This document shows positions 18,512 through 27,931 of a stretch of DNA of 43,546 bases, piece by piece. This DNA comes from an uncultured virus (IMG/VR IMGVR_UViG_3300010352_001897) (taxonomy: Duplodnaviria; Heunggongvirae; Uroviricota; Caudoviricetes). The position numbers were made by a program, and so were the translations under genes. The notes below the pieces were generated by a model. That model ran no database searches. It saw only the letters and a list, made by a program, of their open reading frames with translations, and was not told the origin of the DNA. The stretch lies in IMG/VR virus record IMGVR_UViG_3300010352_001897, one strand, 5' to 3'. Within the stretch, counting starts at the first letter, position 1, and every line of letters begins with the position of its first letter.

Positions 18512-20989
18512 TTGATGAATAAGTCAGAAGTAGACATCGCAACTTTAGAATATTTTAAAGGTGATGAACTTGCCGCAAGCGTATTTGTAGGAAAATATGC
18601 ATTAAAAGATAATAATGATAATTACTTGGAAAAAACCCCAAGAGATATGCACCTTAGACTTACTAATGAATTCTCTAAAATAGAGAATTCATATAAGAAC
18701 CCTATTTCGTTTAATGAAATATTTGACGCTTTTGATAGATTCAATTATATAGTACCTCAGGGATCTCCAATGAGTGCAATTGGTAATGAGTTTAAGATGC
18801 AGTCAGCTAGTAACTGTTTTGTAATTGCTTCACCCGAAGATTCTATGGGCGGTATTCATAGAACTGATGAAGAACTAGCACAATTAGAGAAAAGACGAGC
18901 AGGTGTTGGAATAGATATTTCTAAAATTAGACCTAAAGGATTGGCTACAAATAATGCGGCAGTCACTACGGATGGAATTGCCGTGTTTATGGAACGATTC
19001 TCCAACACAACAAGAGAGGTAGCGCAAGGCGGTAGGCGCGGTGCTTTGATGACTTCATGTTCAATACATCATCCGGAAATAGAAACATTTATTAATATTA
19101 AAAGAGATAAGACTAAGGTAACTGGATCTAATATTTCAGTTAGACTGTCTGATGAGTTCATGACTGCTGTCAAAAATAATACAACGTACGAACAACGATG
19201 GCCGGTAGATTCAACTACCCCAAAAATAACAAAGCAAGTAAATGCAAGAGACATTTGGAATCAAATTATAGATTCAGCATGGGAGTCCGCTGAACCTGGA
19301 ATATTGTTTTGGGATAATATTAAGAAAAATACACCGAGTGACATTTATTCAGAATTTGGGTTTGGTAGTATTTCTACAAATCCATGTGGTGAAATAAATT
19401 TACCAGCGGATGATTCTTGCAGACTTATTACTATGAATACGTATTCATTTGTTGAAAATAAGTTCACAAATGATGCAAAATTTAACTATAGTAAATATGG
19501 AAAATATGTATATATGGCGCAGAGATTAATGGATGATATGATTGACATTGAGCTTAGTCAGATCAATAAGATATTGAATAAAATTGAAAATGATCCAGAA
19601 TCTGATGATATTAAACGTGTTGAGAAGAATCTATGGACTAGAATTAAGATTAAGTGTGAAAATGGTAGAAGAACTGGACTAGGGATTACTGGATTAGGTG
19701 ATACTTTGGCCGCACTTAACATAAAATACGGATCTCCTGAATCTATTAATGTTACTGAAGAGATATATAAACAATTAGCAATAAATGCATATAAATCTTC
19801 AATTGATATGGCCGAAGAAAGAGGAGCGTTCCCAATATGGGATTATGAATTGGAAAAGAATCACGAATTCTTAAATAGAATTATAAGTGAATTACCAATA
19901 GAATATCAGAGAAAATATAAGAAATACGGTAGAAGGAATATTGCACTAACTACGACAGCTCCAACTGGATCAGTTTCCACACTAACACAGACTACATCAG
20001 GCATTGAACCTGCATTTATGTTGAAATATTCACGTAGGAAGAAAATAAATTCATCAGACATTAATGTAGTGTCTGATTTTATTGACGCATTAGGGGATAA
20101 GTGGCAAACATTTGATGTATTCCATCATGGATTTAAAAAATGGATGGAAGTTAATAATAAAAACTGGACAGATCTTGAAGAATCTCCTTATCATGGTGCA
20201 ACTGCGAATGAGATTGATTGGAAATCTTCTGTAGATATTCAGGCAATTGCACAAAAATGGATATGTCACTCAATATCTAAGACATGTAATCTACCTAGCT
20301 CTGCCACACGGGAAGATGTAGCTGAAGTATACCTAAGAGCATGGGAAAGTGGATGTAAAGGATTTACGGTCTATCGTGAAGGTTGTAGAGATGGAATATT
20401 GATATCATCAACTCCAACAATGAAAGAAGTAGCAAACAAGTCTCATCGTAATGCTAAAAAAAGACCAGTAAGTCTAGAATGTGATATTCATCAAGTTAAT
20501 GTATCAGGTGAGGCGTGGACCATTTTAGTTGGATTAGATGATGAGACAGGTATTCCCTATGAAATATTCGGTGGGAAATCTTCAAAAATTTCATTACCAA
20601 AAAAGTATAAAAAAGGAATCACAAGGAAAGGTGCCAAAAACCAAGATAACAATTCAATATATGACTTAATTATTGGACAAGGTGAAGATCAAATTATAAT
20701 TAGAGATATTGTTAATGTTTTTGAAAACCCAACTCAAGGGGATTTTACTAGGGCATTTTCATTAATGCTTAGACATGAAATTGCAATTCATTTTATAGTT
20801 GATCAAATGCAAAAAGATAAGAACTCTGAACTATATTCATTTTCTAGGGTCATGGCTAGAGTTTTGAAAAAATATATAATAGACGGTACTAAAATAAAAC
20901 AAAAGTGTACAAATTGTGGAAGTGATGAGTTAGCATATATTGAAGGGTGTTTAACTTGTCAAAGTTGTGGAAATAGTAAATGTGGTTAA
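18512..20989 (+). CDS. nrdJ: Class II (adenosylcobalamin-dependent) ribonucleotide reductase
   Basis: SNCFVI, QGGRRGA, TNPCGE, RRTGLG, TAPTGS, TSGIEP, KGFTVYREG, C-terminal CTNCG...EGCLTCQSCGNSKCG; no beta subunit alongside. Confidence 0.93.
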   Translation: MMNKSEVDIATLEYFKGDELAASVFVGKYALKDNNDNYLEKTPRDMHLRLTNEFSKIENSYKNPISFNEIFDAFDRFNYIVPQGSPMSAIGNEFKMQSASNCFVIASPEDSMGGIHRTDEELAQLEKRRAGVGIDISKIRPKGLATNNAAVTTDGIAVFMERFSNTTREVAQGGRRGALMTSCSIHHPEIETFINIKRDKTKVTGSNISVRLSDEFMTAVKNNTTYEQRWPVDSTTPKITKQVNARDIWNQIIDSAWESAEPGILFWDNIKKNTPSDIYSEFGFGSISTNPCGEINLPADDSCRLITMNTYSFVENKFTNDAKFNYSKYGKYVYMAQRLMDDMIDIELSQINKILNKIENDPESDDIKRVEKNLWTRIKIKCENGRRTGLGITGLGDTLAALNIKYGSPESINVTEEIYKQLAINAYKSSIDMAEERGAFPIWDYELEKNHEFLNRIISELPIEYQRKYKKYGRRNIALTTTAPTGSVSTLTQTTSGIEPAFMLKYSRRKKINSSDINVVSDFIDALGDKWQTFDVFHHGFKKWMEVNNKNWTDLEESPYHGATANEIDWKSSVDIQAIAQKWICHSISKTCNLPSSATREDVAEVYLRAWESGCKGFTVYREGCRDGILISSTPTMKEVANKSHRNAKKRPVSLECDIHQVNVSGEAWTILVGLDDETGIPYEIFGGKSSKISLPKKYKKGITRKGAKNQDNNSIYDLIIGQGEDQIIIRDIVNVFENPTQGDFTRAFSLMLRHEIAIHFIVDQMQKDKNSELYSFSRVMARVLKKYIIDGTKIKQKCTNCGSDELAYIEGCLTCQSCGNSKCG

Positions 20990-21012
20990 TACCTTACACT
21001 CCATTTGGTTTA

Positions 21013-21020
21013 TATAAATA
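21013..21020 (+). promoter_or_regulatory. T4-type late promoter TATAAATA
   Basis: Exact T4 late consensus 5 nt before ATG 21026. Confidence 0.75.
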
Positions 21021-21025
21021 AGTAG

Positions 21026-22231
21026 ATGATAGTTAATGAAAATACTAAGGCACTGGATGAAAATAAAGGAATTATTTCATCCAGTGCCTTATTTGTGGGT
21101 GATAGTATATTGTGTAGAATTAATGGTAAGGATATTTTTAGTAAAATAGTTTCAATTCGTCATGATGATACTACACCACAGAAACATAAAATAATAACAA
21201 ACACTGGATCATTTTTACGACTTAAGGGTGAACTAAACACAAACACATTATATAAACCTAATTTAAAAATATATAAAACTGAAGATAATGTATTTAATAA
21301 TAATATTGGTTGGCTTATAGGTGCTCACATGGGAGATGGTAGTTCAAATAAATCTAATAAACAAAAATACGCATATAGTAGAGTTAGGATAAATGGTGAT
21401 AATGAAAATGTAATATTGAAATATTCAAAAATATTTAATTTAATAAGTGGTAGCAATTGTAAATGTGTACCTTATAATAAGAAACATATTAATAGTAAAA
21501 TGTGGCAATATAGTGTATGCAATAAACAAGTAGAAGATATTATTAATGAATATTTCGACGGACAAGTCGGAAACAAAACAACATCAGGAATCGTTCCTAA
21601 CATAATTCGAGAAAAGAATCTATGGATACCTTTCATAGCAGGATTGATCGATAGTGACGGTTCAATAAGAAATAATGGAAGTATTGACATTTCAATATGT
21701 ATGAGCAAATTAATAGACGAAATATGTATATTTTTATCCCACATTGGAATATCCTATAAATATATCTTAAAAATATCTAAAAGATCAAATGAACTACCAA
21801 TTAATAGGTTAGTAATATATGTAAGGAATGAAATTGTATCTTCCATTATGGCCCATATGGCACATGAAAATAAAATAATTAAAATATCTAAAGGTAATTG
21901 CTTAAAATATACAAGTCCACATAAGTTTAAAATATCAAACAATCTATATGTTAAAATAATGTCACATAAAATATTACCTAATGAATTGGATTACAATTTA
22001 ATGCATAGTTTAAAACATTTAATGAAAAAGTCAGAAAACGAAATAGGTCTAGCCACGTTAAGAACTTATTATTTAAAAGGAATTGTAAATGAAAACGAAT
22101 ATTATGACATCTTAAGACAAGAAAAAATTTGTAAGATCGAAACGGATAATAATAATGATAATTATTATGATGTAGTTACTGAACAAGGCGTTCCTTATTT
22201 TGGAAATTTTGGGCTACTGACTACTGAATAA
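21026..22231 (+). CDS. Free-standing intein-derived LAGLIDADG homing endonuclease lacking splicing residues
   Basis: Hint-like N-terminus (MIVNENTKAL...LFVGDSI), IGAHMGDGS and IAGLIDSDGS, Hint-like C-terminus (YYDVVTE..PYFGNFGLLTTE-stop). Confidence 0.8.
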   Translation: MIVNENTKALDENKGIISSSALFVGDSILCRINGKDIFSKIVSIRHDDTTPQKHKIITNTGSFLRLKGELNTNTLYKPNLKIYKTEDNVFNNNIGWLIGAHMGDGSSNKSNKQKYAYSRVRINGDNENVILKYSKIFNLISGSNCKCVPYNKKHINSKMWQYSVCNKQVEDIINEYFDGQVGNKTTSGIVPNIIREKNLWIPFIAGLIDSDGSIRNNGSIDISICMSKLIDEICIFLSHIGISYKYILKISKRSNELPINRLVIYVRNEIVSSIMAHMAHENKIIKISKGNCLKYTSPHKFKISNNLYVKIMSHKILPNELDYNLMHSLKHLMKKSENEIGLATLRTYYLKGIVNENEYYDILRQEKICKIETDNNNDNYYDVVTEQGVPYFGNFGLLTTE

Positions 22232-22262
22232 TTTTGTTATACTTCAGTTAGGAGATTAAAGA

Positions 22263-22799
22263 ATGTTACATAAGATATGTCCGATCTGCGGTGCAAAGCT
22301 GTTTGAAATCAAGCCTAGAGAAGATGAACGTACCGTAAACCATAAGGTATATGTTTGTGAAACCGACGTAGACCATAAGTTTTGGGTTAGTGAATATGAG
22401 TCTGACTGCTTAAGATGGAATCCTGCCGTTAATTTTGAGGACAGTATTTACTTCAGGAAGTTCAAGAATACAAATAGAGAGGTTCAAAAAGAACTATCTT
22501 TAAAGGAGCTTAAAGAATATCTGAAATCACCCGAACATCTTGACGGGCTTGCAGATCGTGAAGATGATACTGAACTGTTTAGAACTCAAAGAATTGAGCG
22601 TAAGTATAATGAAACTCCAGAATACGAAGAGATTTTTGATAAGAAGGTACACGAAAACCTATTAGGAATTATTCAATCTCTAAATGAAACAATAAAGCAG
22701 TTAGTCACTGATTATCATGAGCTATCTGCATACACTGAAGAAGTTGAAGCTAAAGTTAAGAAAGATGAACCTAAGTCCGGACTCATATTAAAAATATGA
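22263..22799 (+). CDS. Hypothetical protein with N-terminal zinc ribbon
   Basis: CPICG...YVCE..H; AGGAG upstream. Confidence 0.7.
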   Translation: MLHKICPICGAKLFEIKPREDERTVNHKVYVCETDVDHKFWVSEYESDCLRWNPAVNFEDSIYFRKFKNTNREVQKELSLKELKEYLKSPEHLDGLADREDDTELFRTQRIERKYNETPEYEEIFDKKVHENLLGIIQSLNETIKQLVTDYHELSAYTEEVEAKVKKDEPKSGLILKI

Positions 22800-23092
22800 G
22801 TGAATCTGAATTTGAAATATTTAATATTGAGACATTGTTGATTGAAAACAATGAGATGGAGAGTTTACAAACATCTCTAGATGAATTAATAGAAGTATTT
22901 CCAATGCCAGAGGAAATTATAGAGCTAATTAGGGTTATGATGTATAAGCAGTACTATTCAGGGAGAATATCATCTAATAAAATGTTTATTGAGGGACTTA
23001 AAAAATATGTTGAAAGTCTGGACAATATAACTGATAGTGATGCTAGAATAATACAACATATCATATCAATTTCAAATAATCAACTAGGATAA
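22796..23092 (+). CDS. Hypothetical protein
   Basis: ATGA-coupled to the previous ORF. Confidence 0.6.
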   Translation: MSESEFEIFNIETLLIENNEMESLQTSLDELIEVFPMPEEIIELIRVMMYKQYYSGRISSNKMFIEGLKKYVESLDNITDSDARIIQHIISISNNQLG

Positions 23093-23100
23093 ATAGTTAT

Positions 23101-23553
23101 GTGAGCAGTAATAGGGAACCGGCTAAAGGTCCATATTATCCAAAGAATAGAGAAAAATATATAGGGGATCACGTCCCTATTTTTAGATCTTCTTGGGAAT
23201 ATAGGATGATGTATCATTTGGACAACAATCCAAATGTACTTAGATGGGGCAGTGAAAATGTTGCTGTTCCATATATTTCACCTAAAGACGGGAAAATGCA
23301 TAGATATTTTATTGATTTTTATGCTGAGATTATCAATAAGGACGGTAATAGGGAGAAACTATTAATCGAGGTTAAGCCGAAGAAAAAGTTACTTCCTCCA
23401 AAAACAGAAAATAGATCTAGAAAGACAATTATGACAGAAACTCTTGAATACTACATTAATCAATCTAAATGGCAGTCTGCAAGAGCATATGCAAGTAGAA
23501 ATGGGATGTTGTGGAGCATATACACAGAAGAAGATATTTTAGGAAGAATTTAA
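23101..23553 (+). CDS. gp4: Head completion nuclease (T4 gp4-like)
   Basis: P.N..KY.GD, RSSWE, WGSE, YISP.DGK.HRYFIDF, IEVKP, N..KW..A. Confidence 0.92.
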   Translation: MSSNREPAKGPYYPKNREKYIGDHVPIFRSSWEYRMMYHLDNNPNVLRWGSENVAVPYISPKDGKMHRYFIDFYAEIINKDGNREKLLIEVKPKKKLLPPKTENRSRKTIMTETLEYYINQSKWQSARAYASRNGMLWSIYTEEDILGRI

Positions 23554-23568
23554 AACGAGGTTTGTAAA

Positions 23569-24030
23569 ATGTTACAGGTAATCAATAAGGACATCATTGA
23601 TGTTACTGAGGGCATGATTGTCCATCAGGTAAATTGTCGTGGAAAGATGGGATCAGGTCTGGCAGGTCAGCTAAGACTTAAGTATCCTGTCATATATAAG
23701 AAATACATTGAACTATATAATTCTTATATTGAAAGCGGAGAAACTATTAAGATATTGGGAACAGCACAGATTGTCCCAATTAGTGAAAAGTTGCGTATTA
23801 TAAATGCATTTACTCAATTTAATTATGGGTATGATGGTAAGCTATACACTGACTACGGAGCAATTGAAGAAGTATTTGCTCGCCTAAAGCTAATTAATAT
23901 CAAGAAGACTCAAATATACGTTCCCTATAAGTACGGATCTGGACTTGGAGGTGGAAATTGGGACCTAGTGCAAAAGGTTATTCATAAGGTATACCCTGAA
24001 GTGATTGTTTGCAAAAGAGATCAAGATTAA
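23569..24030 (+). CDS. Macrodomain protein (Appr-1''-p processing / ADP-ribose hydrolase family)
   Basis: HQVNCRGKMGSGLA, NAFTQ..YG, TDY, P..YGSGLGGGNW. Confidence 0.9.
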   Translation: MLQVINKDIIDVTEGMIVHQVNCRGKMGSGLAGQLRLKYPVIYKKYIELYNSYIESGETIKILGTAQIVPISEKLRIINAFTQFNYGYDGKLYTDYGAIEEVFARLKLINIKKTQIYVPYKYGSGLGGGNWDLVQKVIHKVYPEVIVCKRDQD

Positions 24031-24046
24031 TTGTTAGCATTGTCCC

Positions 24047-24343
24047 ATGAATCACACTAAGACGCAGTTCTTTGCCGCATTCAAACACGTTGAGGACAAA
24101 AATACATACTGGATCAACGGCGCATGGTGCTATGACCAGGAGGCTCCTGGGTTGTTTGAATATGAAACTAAGGAACAAAAGCAACGTGTTAAAGATGTGG
24201 GTCAGTCATTGCTTGAAACCTGGAATCTGAAGGATGTTGAGATGGTAGTTCTAAAGATTCAGGATGTCATAAAATTAACTGTGGAGGAAGAAGTTGGAAA
24301 AAAGAGACGTGGCAGAAAACCAAAGAACAAAGATGTTACTTAA
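24047..24343 (+). CDS. Hypothetical protein
   Basis: 98-aa ORF in a tightly packed operon; basic KKRRGRKPK tail. Confidence 0.6.
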   Translation: MNHTKTQFFAAFKHVEDKNTYWINGAWCYDQEAPGLFEYETKEQKQRVKDVGQSLLETWNLKDVEMVVLKIQDVIKLTVEEEVGKKRRGRKPKNKDVT

Positions 24344-24647
24344 TGTTTCAGATAGATTTGCACTAATAAATGTGATTGGAAATATTAGATCTGAGAGGTT
24401 TAGTCTTCTCAGGTTGATTTCATTAATTGAACAATTAAGTCTCACAAAGGAAGAAGCTACCAACCCTGCACTTGAACTTAGATTTAATGAAAATGTAGGT
24501 TCATTTACTTGGAAAGAGAATGTTATTCCTGATTTGGAAATTACTTGTGATACTGAAATCTACGAACTAGTTTTGAAATACGTTTCGGTGAGTGAGTCTA
24601 AGGAGTATAAGGAATTACATGAAAAGCTTACTAAGTCCAATAATTAA
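24333..24647 (+). CDS. Hypothetical protein (ATG 24333 preferred over 24294)
   Basis: In-frame ATG minimises overlap with the upstream gene. Confidence 0.55.
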   Translation: MLLNVSDRFALINVIGNIRSERFSLLRLISLIEQLSLTKEEATNPALELRFNENVGSFTWKENVIPDLEITCDTEIYELVLKYVSVSESKEYKELHEKLTKSNN

Positions 24648-25107
24648 TTTTGTAAAAAATCTAAAATATGAACATGATGAAATTATTGAAAATGATCTCA
24701 ATAATTTCATCACATATGAAACTATAGACGACGCATATATTATTGTTACCAGTGATGAATATTTCACAGGCAAATATGTGAATGAACATAATCCTGAAGA
24801 ATTCTTTTATAAGGAGATGATGGAAGATGGAATGTATGCAATTGGGTTCGAGAGTAAGGATGATCAGGTAGGTAATGTATACGTATCTACCAATGACGGA
24901 GGGATGATTAGAGATACTGAAACCAGGGTGTCGTCACACCCTGTTGAGATATTTTTAACCAACATTACATCGTTAGGTGACACTCCGTTTACTCTTCTGA
25001 GAGTGGAAACTGATAACAAAATTAATGTTATCTTTTGGTATCGGCGTGGAACAGACACGCCAATCGAGAAATCCAAACGAGGAAGAAAGAAGAAAAATGT
25101 ACAATAA
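24619..25107 (+). CDS. Hypothetical protein (ATG 24619 preferred over 24592)
   Basis: AAGGA before ATG; basic KRGRKKK tail. Confidence 0.55.
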   Translation: MKSLLSPIINFVKNLKYEHDEIIENDLNNFITYETIDDAYIIVTSDEYFTGKYVNEHNPEEFFYKEMMEDGMYAIGFESKDDQVGNVYVSTNDGGMIRDTETRVSSHPVEIFLTNITSLGDTPFTLLRVETDNKINVIFWYRRGTDTPIEKSKRGRKKKNVQ

Positions 25108-26659
25108 TCATGAAGAAAAGGTCCTTTTACACTTTTTCACTAATATTGATAAGAATGTTTACTGTGCAACCGACAATATGCCCATGGAATTATGGGCTTT
25201 GTTGTTGGGGGGATATTCTAGATCTTCAGAATCGATGAGAGATAGATTCCTTCAAATATTCAAGGACATTTCTTCTGAATTGAATAGCGACTATGAAGAT
25301 ACCATGAAGCTTCTTAGTGCAGACATTTTCACTCAGTCAGATTTCATGCAAAAGGCACTAGCCAAGGCATCCAACTTCATGTCAAAGTGGGCAGTCCAAT
25401 ATGGACATAACTCACTGAAGGATAGTTGCTTCAACATGATTGCGATTGAACAAGTTTCAATTCGTGCCTCTAAGATTCTTGAGGACAGTAAGCAAGGTGC
25501 TTTCCAGGAAAAGTCAACTAGATATATGGATTTTTCTGGAGATAGTATTTCAGAATATGCTTCTGAATCAGAAGGAGTTGCTTTATTGAATGAAGCAATG
25601 GAAATATATTCTGAAGTGAAAAATGCGTTGATTGAACATTATAAGACAAAGATTTCTCGCGACGAATTTAAAACAGAAAATGCATGGATCAGGACCTGCA
25701 ATGCTAAGTCATTTGACGACGCACGTTACTTACTACCAACCTCAATAAAAACTTCTCTAGGTGTTACTATGACCACTAGAGAAACTGAAAGATGGATTTC
25801 AAAACTATTATCGCACCCAATGTCTGAAATAAAAGACCTTGGAAATATGATAAAAGAAGAGTGTGTGAAAATTACACCATCTCTTATCAAACATGTATCT
25901 GAAAATAGCTATTTGAATAGGTTGAATAGTCAGATAAGTACAATAGTATGTAATAATAAAGAAATTGTCGATGTCATTAACCAGTCTGCATTTGGGACTT
26001 GGTTAGTAAATAGATCTGACGTTGAAAATACGGTAGCCGTTAGTTTATTACAGTCGGCAGGTATTCTCACTAATGAAAGTCTCAATAATAAGAACATCAA
26101 TATTGAAAAAATATTTGAATTAGCTTTCTCCGATAGAGGAACTCATGACGAATTCCCTGCAGAAACTGCAGTAGGGTCTTTACATTTTGAGATTGTATGT
26201 GACATTGGAGCCTTTAGGGACATTCAAAGGCATCGTGTCGGAACTCAAATTGTTGAGCGTTGGAATTCTTTCAGAGGATATTCAATTCCTCCTGTATTGA
26301 ATGAGGAATCTCTTGCACATCTTAAAGAAAAATACATCAGTATTTTTGAAAAAGTAACTGAGTATAATAAAAAAATCTTGAAAGAAGATAATGTAAATTC
26401 TGAATATTACTTGTTGTTGGGTCATAATGTAATGTTTGAATATCATTGTGATTTTAGACAGTTCGCATATTTGGTCGAACTTAGGAGCGGTGAGTCTGGC
26501 CACTATTCTTATCGTAAAATTGCACAGGATATGTATAAGCTATTTGAGACAGCATGTCCTAAATTAGCCAAATATGTTAGAGTCAATATGACTGGATATA
26601 CTGATAGGCGAAATGCTGAAGAGAAGATCCAAGAAAAGATTGATAATATCAAAGATTAG
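25097..26659 (+). CDS. thyX: Flavin-dependent thymidylate synthase, tandem-domain type (ATG 25097 likely start)
   Basis: YSRS, YGHNS, QEKSTRY, FDDARYLLP, DIGAFRDIQRHR, LVELRS...GH.SYR.IA. Confidence 0.9.
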   Translation: MYNNHEEKVLLHFFTNIDKNVYCATDNMPMELWALLLGGYSRSSESMRDRFLQIFKDISSELNSDYEDTMKLLSADIFTQSDFMQKALAKASNFMSKWAVQYGHNSLKDSCFNMIAIEQVSIRASKILEDSKQGAFQEKSTRYMDFSGDSISEYASESEGVALLNEAMEIYSEVKNALIEHYKTKISRDEFKTENAWIRTCNAKSFDDARYLLPTSIKTSLGVTMTTRETERWISKLLSHPMSEIKDLGNMIKEECVKITPSLIKHVSENSYLNRLNSQISTIVCNNKEIVDVINQSAFGTWLVNRSDVENTVAVSLLQSAGILTNESLNNKNINIEKIFELAFSDRGTHDEFPAETAVGSLHFEIVCDIGAFRDIQRHRVGTQIVERWNSFRGYSIPPVLNEESLAHLKEKYISIFEKVTEYNKKILKEDNVNSEYYLLLGHNVMFEYHCDFRQFAYLVELRSGESGHYSYRKIAQDMYKLFETACPKLAKYVRVNMTGYTDRRNAEEKIQEKIDNIKD

Positions 26660-26749
26660 GAAGAATATTGCAACTCCGCCTTGACAGTTTTTCTTAATTT
26701 TTTTACTTTATTTTTATTCAAATGTTGTTTTACTATACTGGAGGAGCCT

Positions 26750-27931
26750 GTGAACAATCCAATGCTTGACACTGATTTGTATATATTCACGATGGGAATT
26801 TTTGCAAAATATAGACATCAAAATATTATTGCAGAATATGTTTTTAAGTGTAGAAATAATGTTGATCTTACTAACATCACTGACACATTGATAAAAGAAA
26901 TTAAAACATTTATTAATAATGCGAGATTTACAAATGAACAAATTGATTATTTAAATTCTATTTTAGAAAATAGAGCTGAATATCTTAGGGAATATGTAAA
27001 TAATCCGCTTCCTATTAATTTTAATGACTTTGTTATTTATAGTAAAAATCATGAACTTATTGTTAGAGCTAAGGGACCATTGTGGGCTTATATTTTTATT
27101 GAAGTGCCACTTCTATATAAAGTTAATGAACTATATAATAATTACAAGTACAACACTATTAATATTGATGAACTATATAATGGCGCAGAAATTAAGCTTG
27201 ATGAGAAAATCAAACTATTGAACAAAAATCCAGGCGTTAAAATTATGGAATTTGGGACACGTCGTAGGTTCTCTAAGGAGTGGCAAAAGCATGTATTATT
27301 GAGACTTCTTAATGAGACGAATAATATTGTTGGTACTTCAAACGTTGAACTTGCGAAGGAGTTTGGAATCTCTCCGTTAGGCACTACTGCCCACCTATAT
27401 AGTCAAGTTTATCAAGCATTAACTCACCCTCTTGATGCTCAGAAACTTTTCTTTAAGGAATGGTCTGAATTCTGGGGTGATAAATTTCTTATTGCCCTTA
27501 CTGATATTTTTCCACAACAGAAATTTTTGAAAGATTTCAACAAAGAACTTGCTAATAAGTATCAAGGTGTTCGACATGATAGTGGAGATCCTAAAATCTG
27601 GTGTCGCGAAATCATTGAACATTACAAATCTAACGAAATAGACCCTAAAACAAAAACTGCAATTTTTAGCGACGGCCTTGACATTCCTATGTGTATTGAT
27701 CTATATAATGAATTTCACGATAAAATTAATGTAATTTTTGGAGTAGGGACTAATCTGACAAATGACATGGGAATGGGGCATCAAGCTCTCCAGATTGTCA
27801 TGAAAGTTGTTGAAATTAACGGAAGAGCAGTCGCCAAGCTTTCCAATAACCCAGGAAAAACTATGTGTGAAAATATGCACTATGTTCAGTGGTTAACTCA
27901 GGCCATTCAGGAGGATGTAAATAATGGCTAA
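26750..27931 (+). CDS. pncB: Nicotinate phosphoribosyltransferase (GTG 26750 likely start)
   Basis: LDTDLY, EFGTRRRFS, GTSNV.LA, GTTAH, RHDSGDP, FSDGL, FGVGTNLTND, KLS..PGK; GGAGG 5 nt upstream of the GTG. Confidence 0.9.
   Translation: MNNPMLDTDLYIFTMGIFAKYRHQNIIAEYVFKCRNNVDLTNITDTLIKEIKTFINNARFTNEQIDYLNSILENRAEYLREYVNNPLPINFNDFVIYSKNHELIVRAKGPLWAYIFIEVPLLYKVNELYNNYKYNTINIDELYNGAEIKLDEKIKLLNKNPGVKIMEFGTRRRFSKEWQKHVLLRLLNETNNIVGTSNVELAKEFGISPLGTTAHLYSQVYQALTHPLDAQKLFFKEWSEFWGDKFLIALTDIFPQQKFLKDFNKELANKYQGVRHDSGDPKIWCREIIEHYKSNEIDPKTKTAIFSDGLDIPMCIDLYNEFHDKINVIFGVGTNLTNDMGMGHQALQIVMKVVEINGRAVAKLSNNPGKTMCENMHYVQWLTQAIQEDVNNG

Noticed and set aside
20987..21028. nrdJ and the intein-like ORF are in the same frame, suggesting a read-through fusion
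   Set aside because: Two different stops (TAA at 20987, TAG at 21023) intervene, NrdJ ends with its normal SKCG terminus, and the downstream ORF has its own TATAAATA.
26681..26749. TTG start for pncB and the TTGACA at 26681 as a -35 box
   Set aside because: The extension is a low-complexity T-rich stretch; GGAGG plus GTG at 26750 fits better, and no -10 lies at the right spacing from TTGACA.
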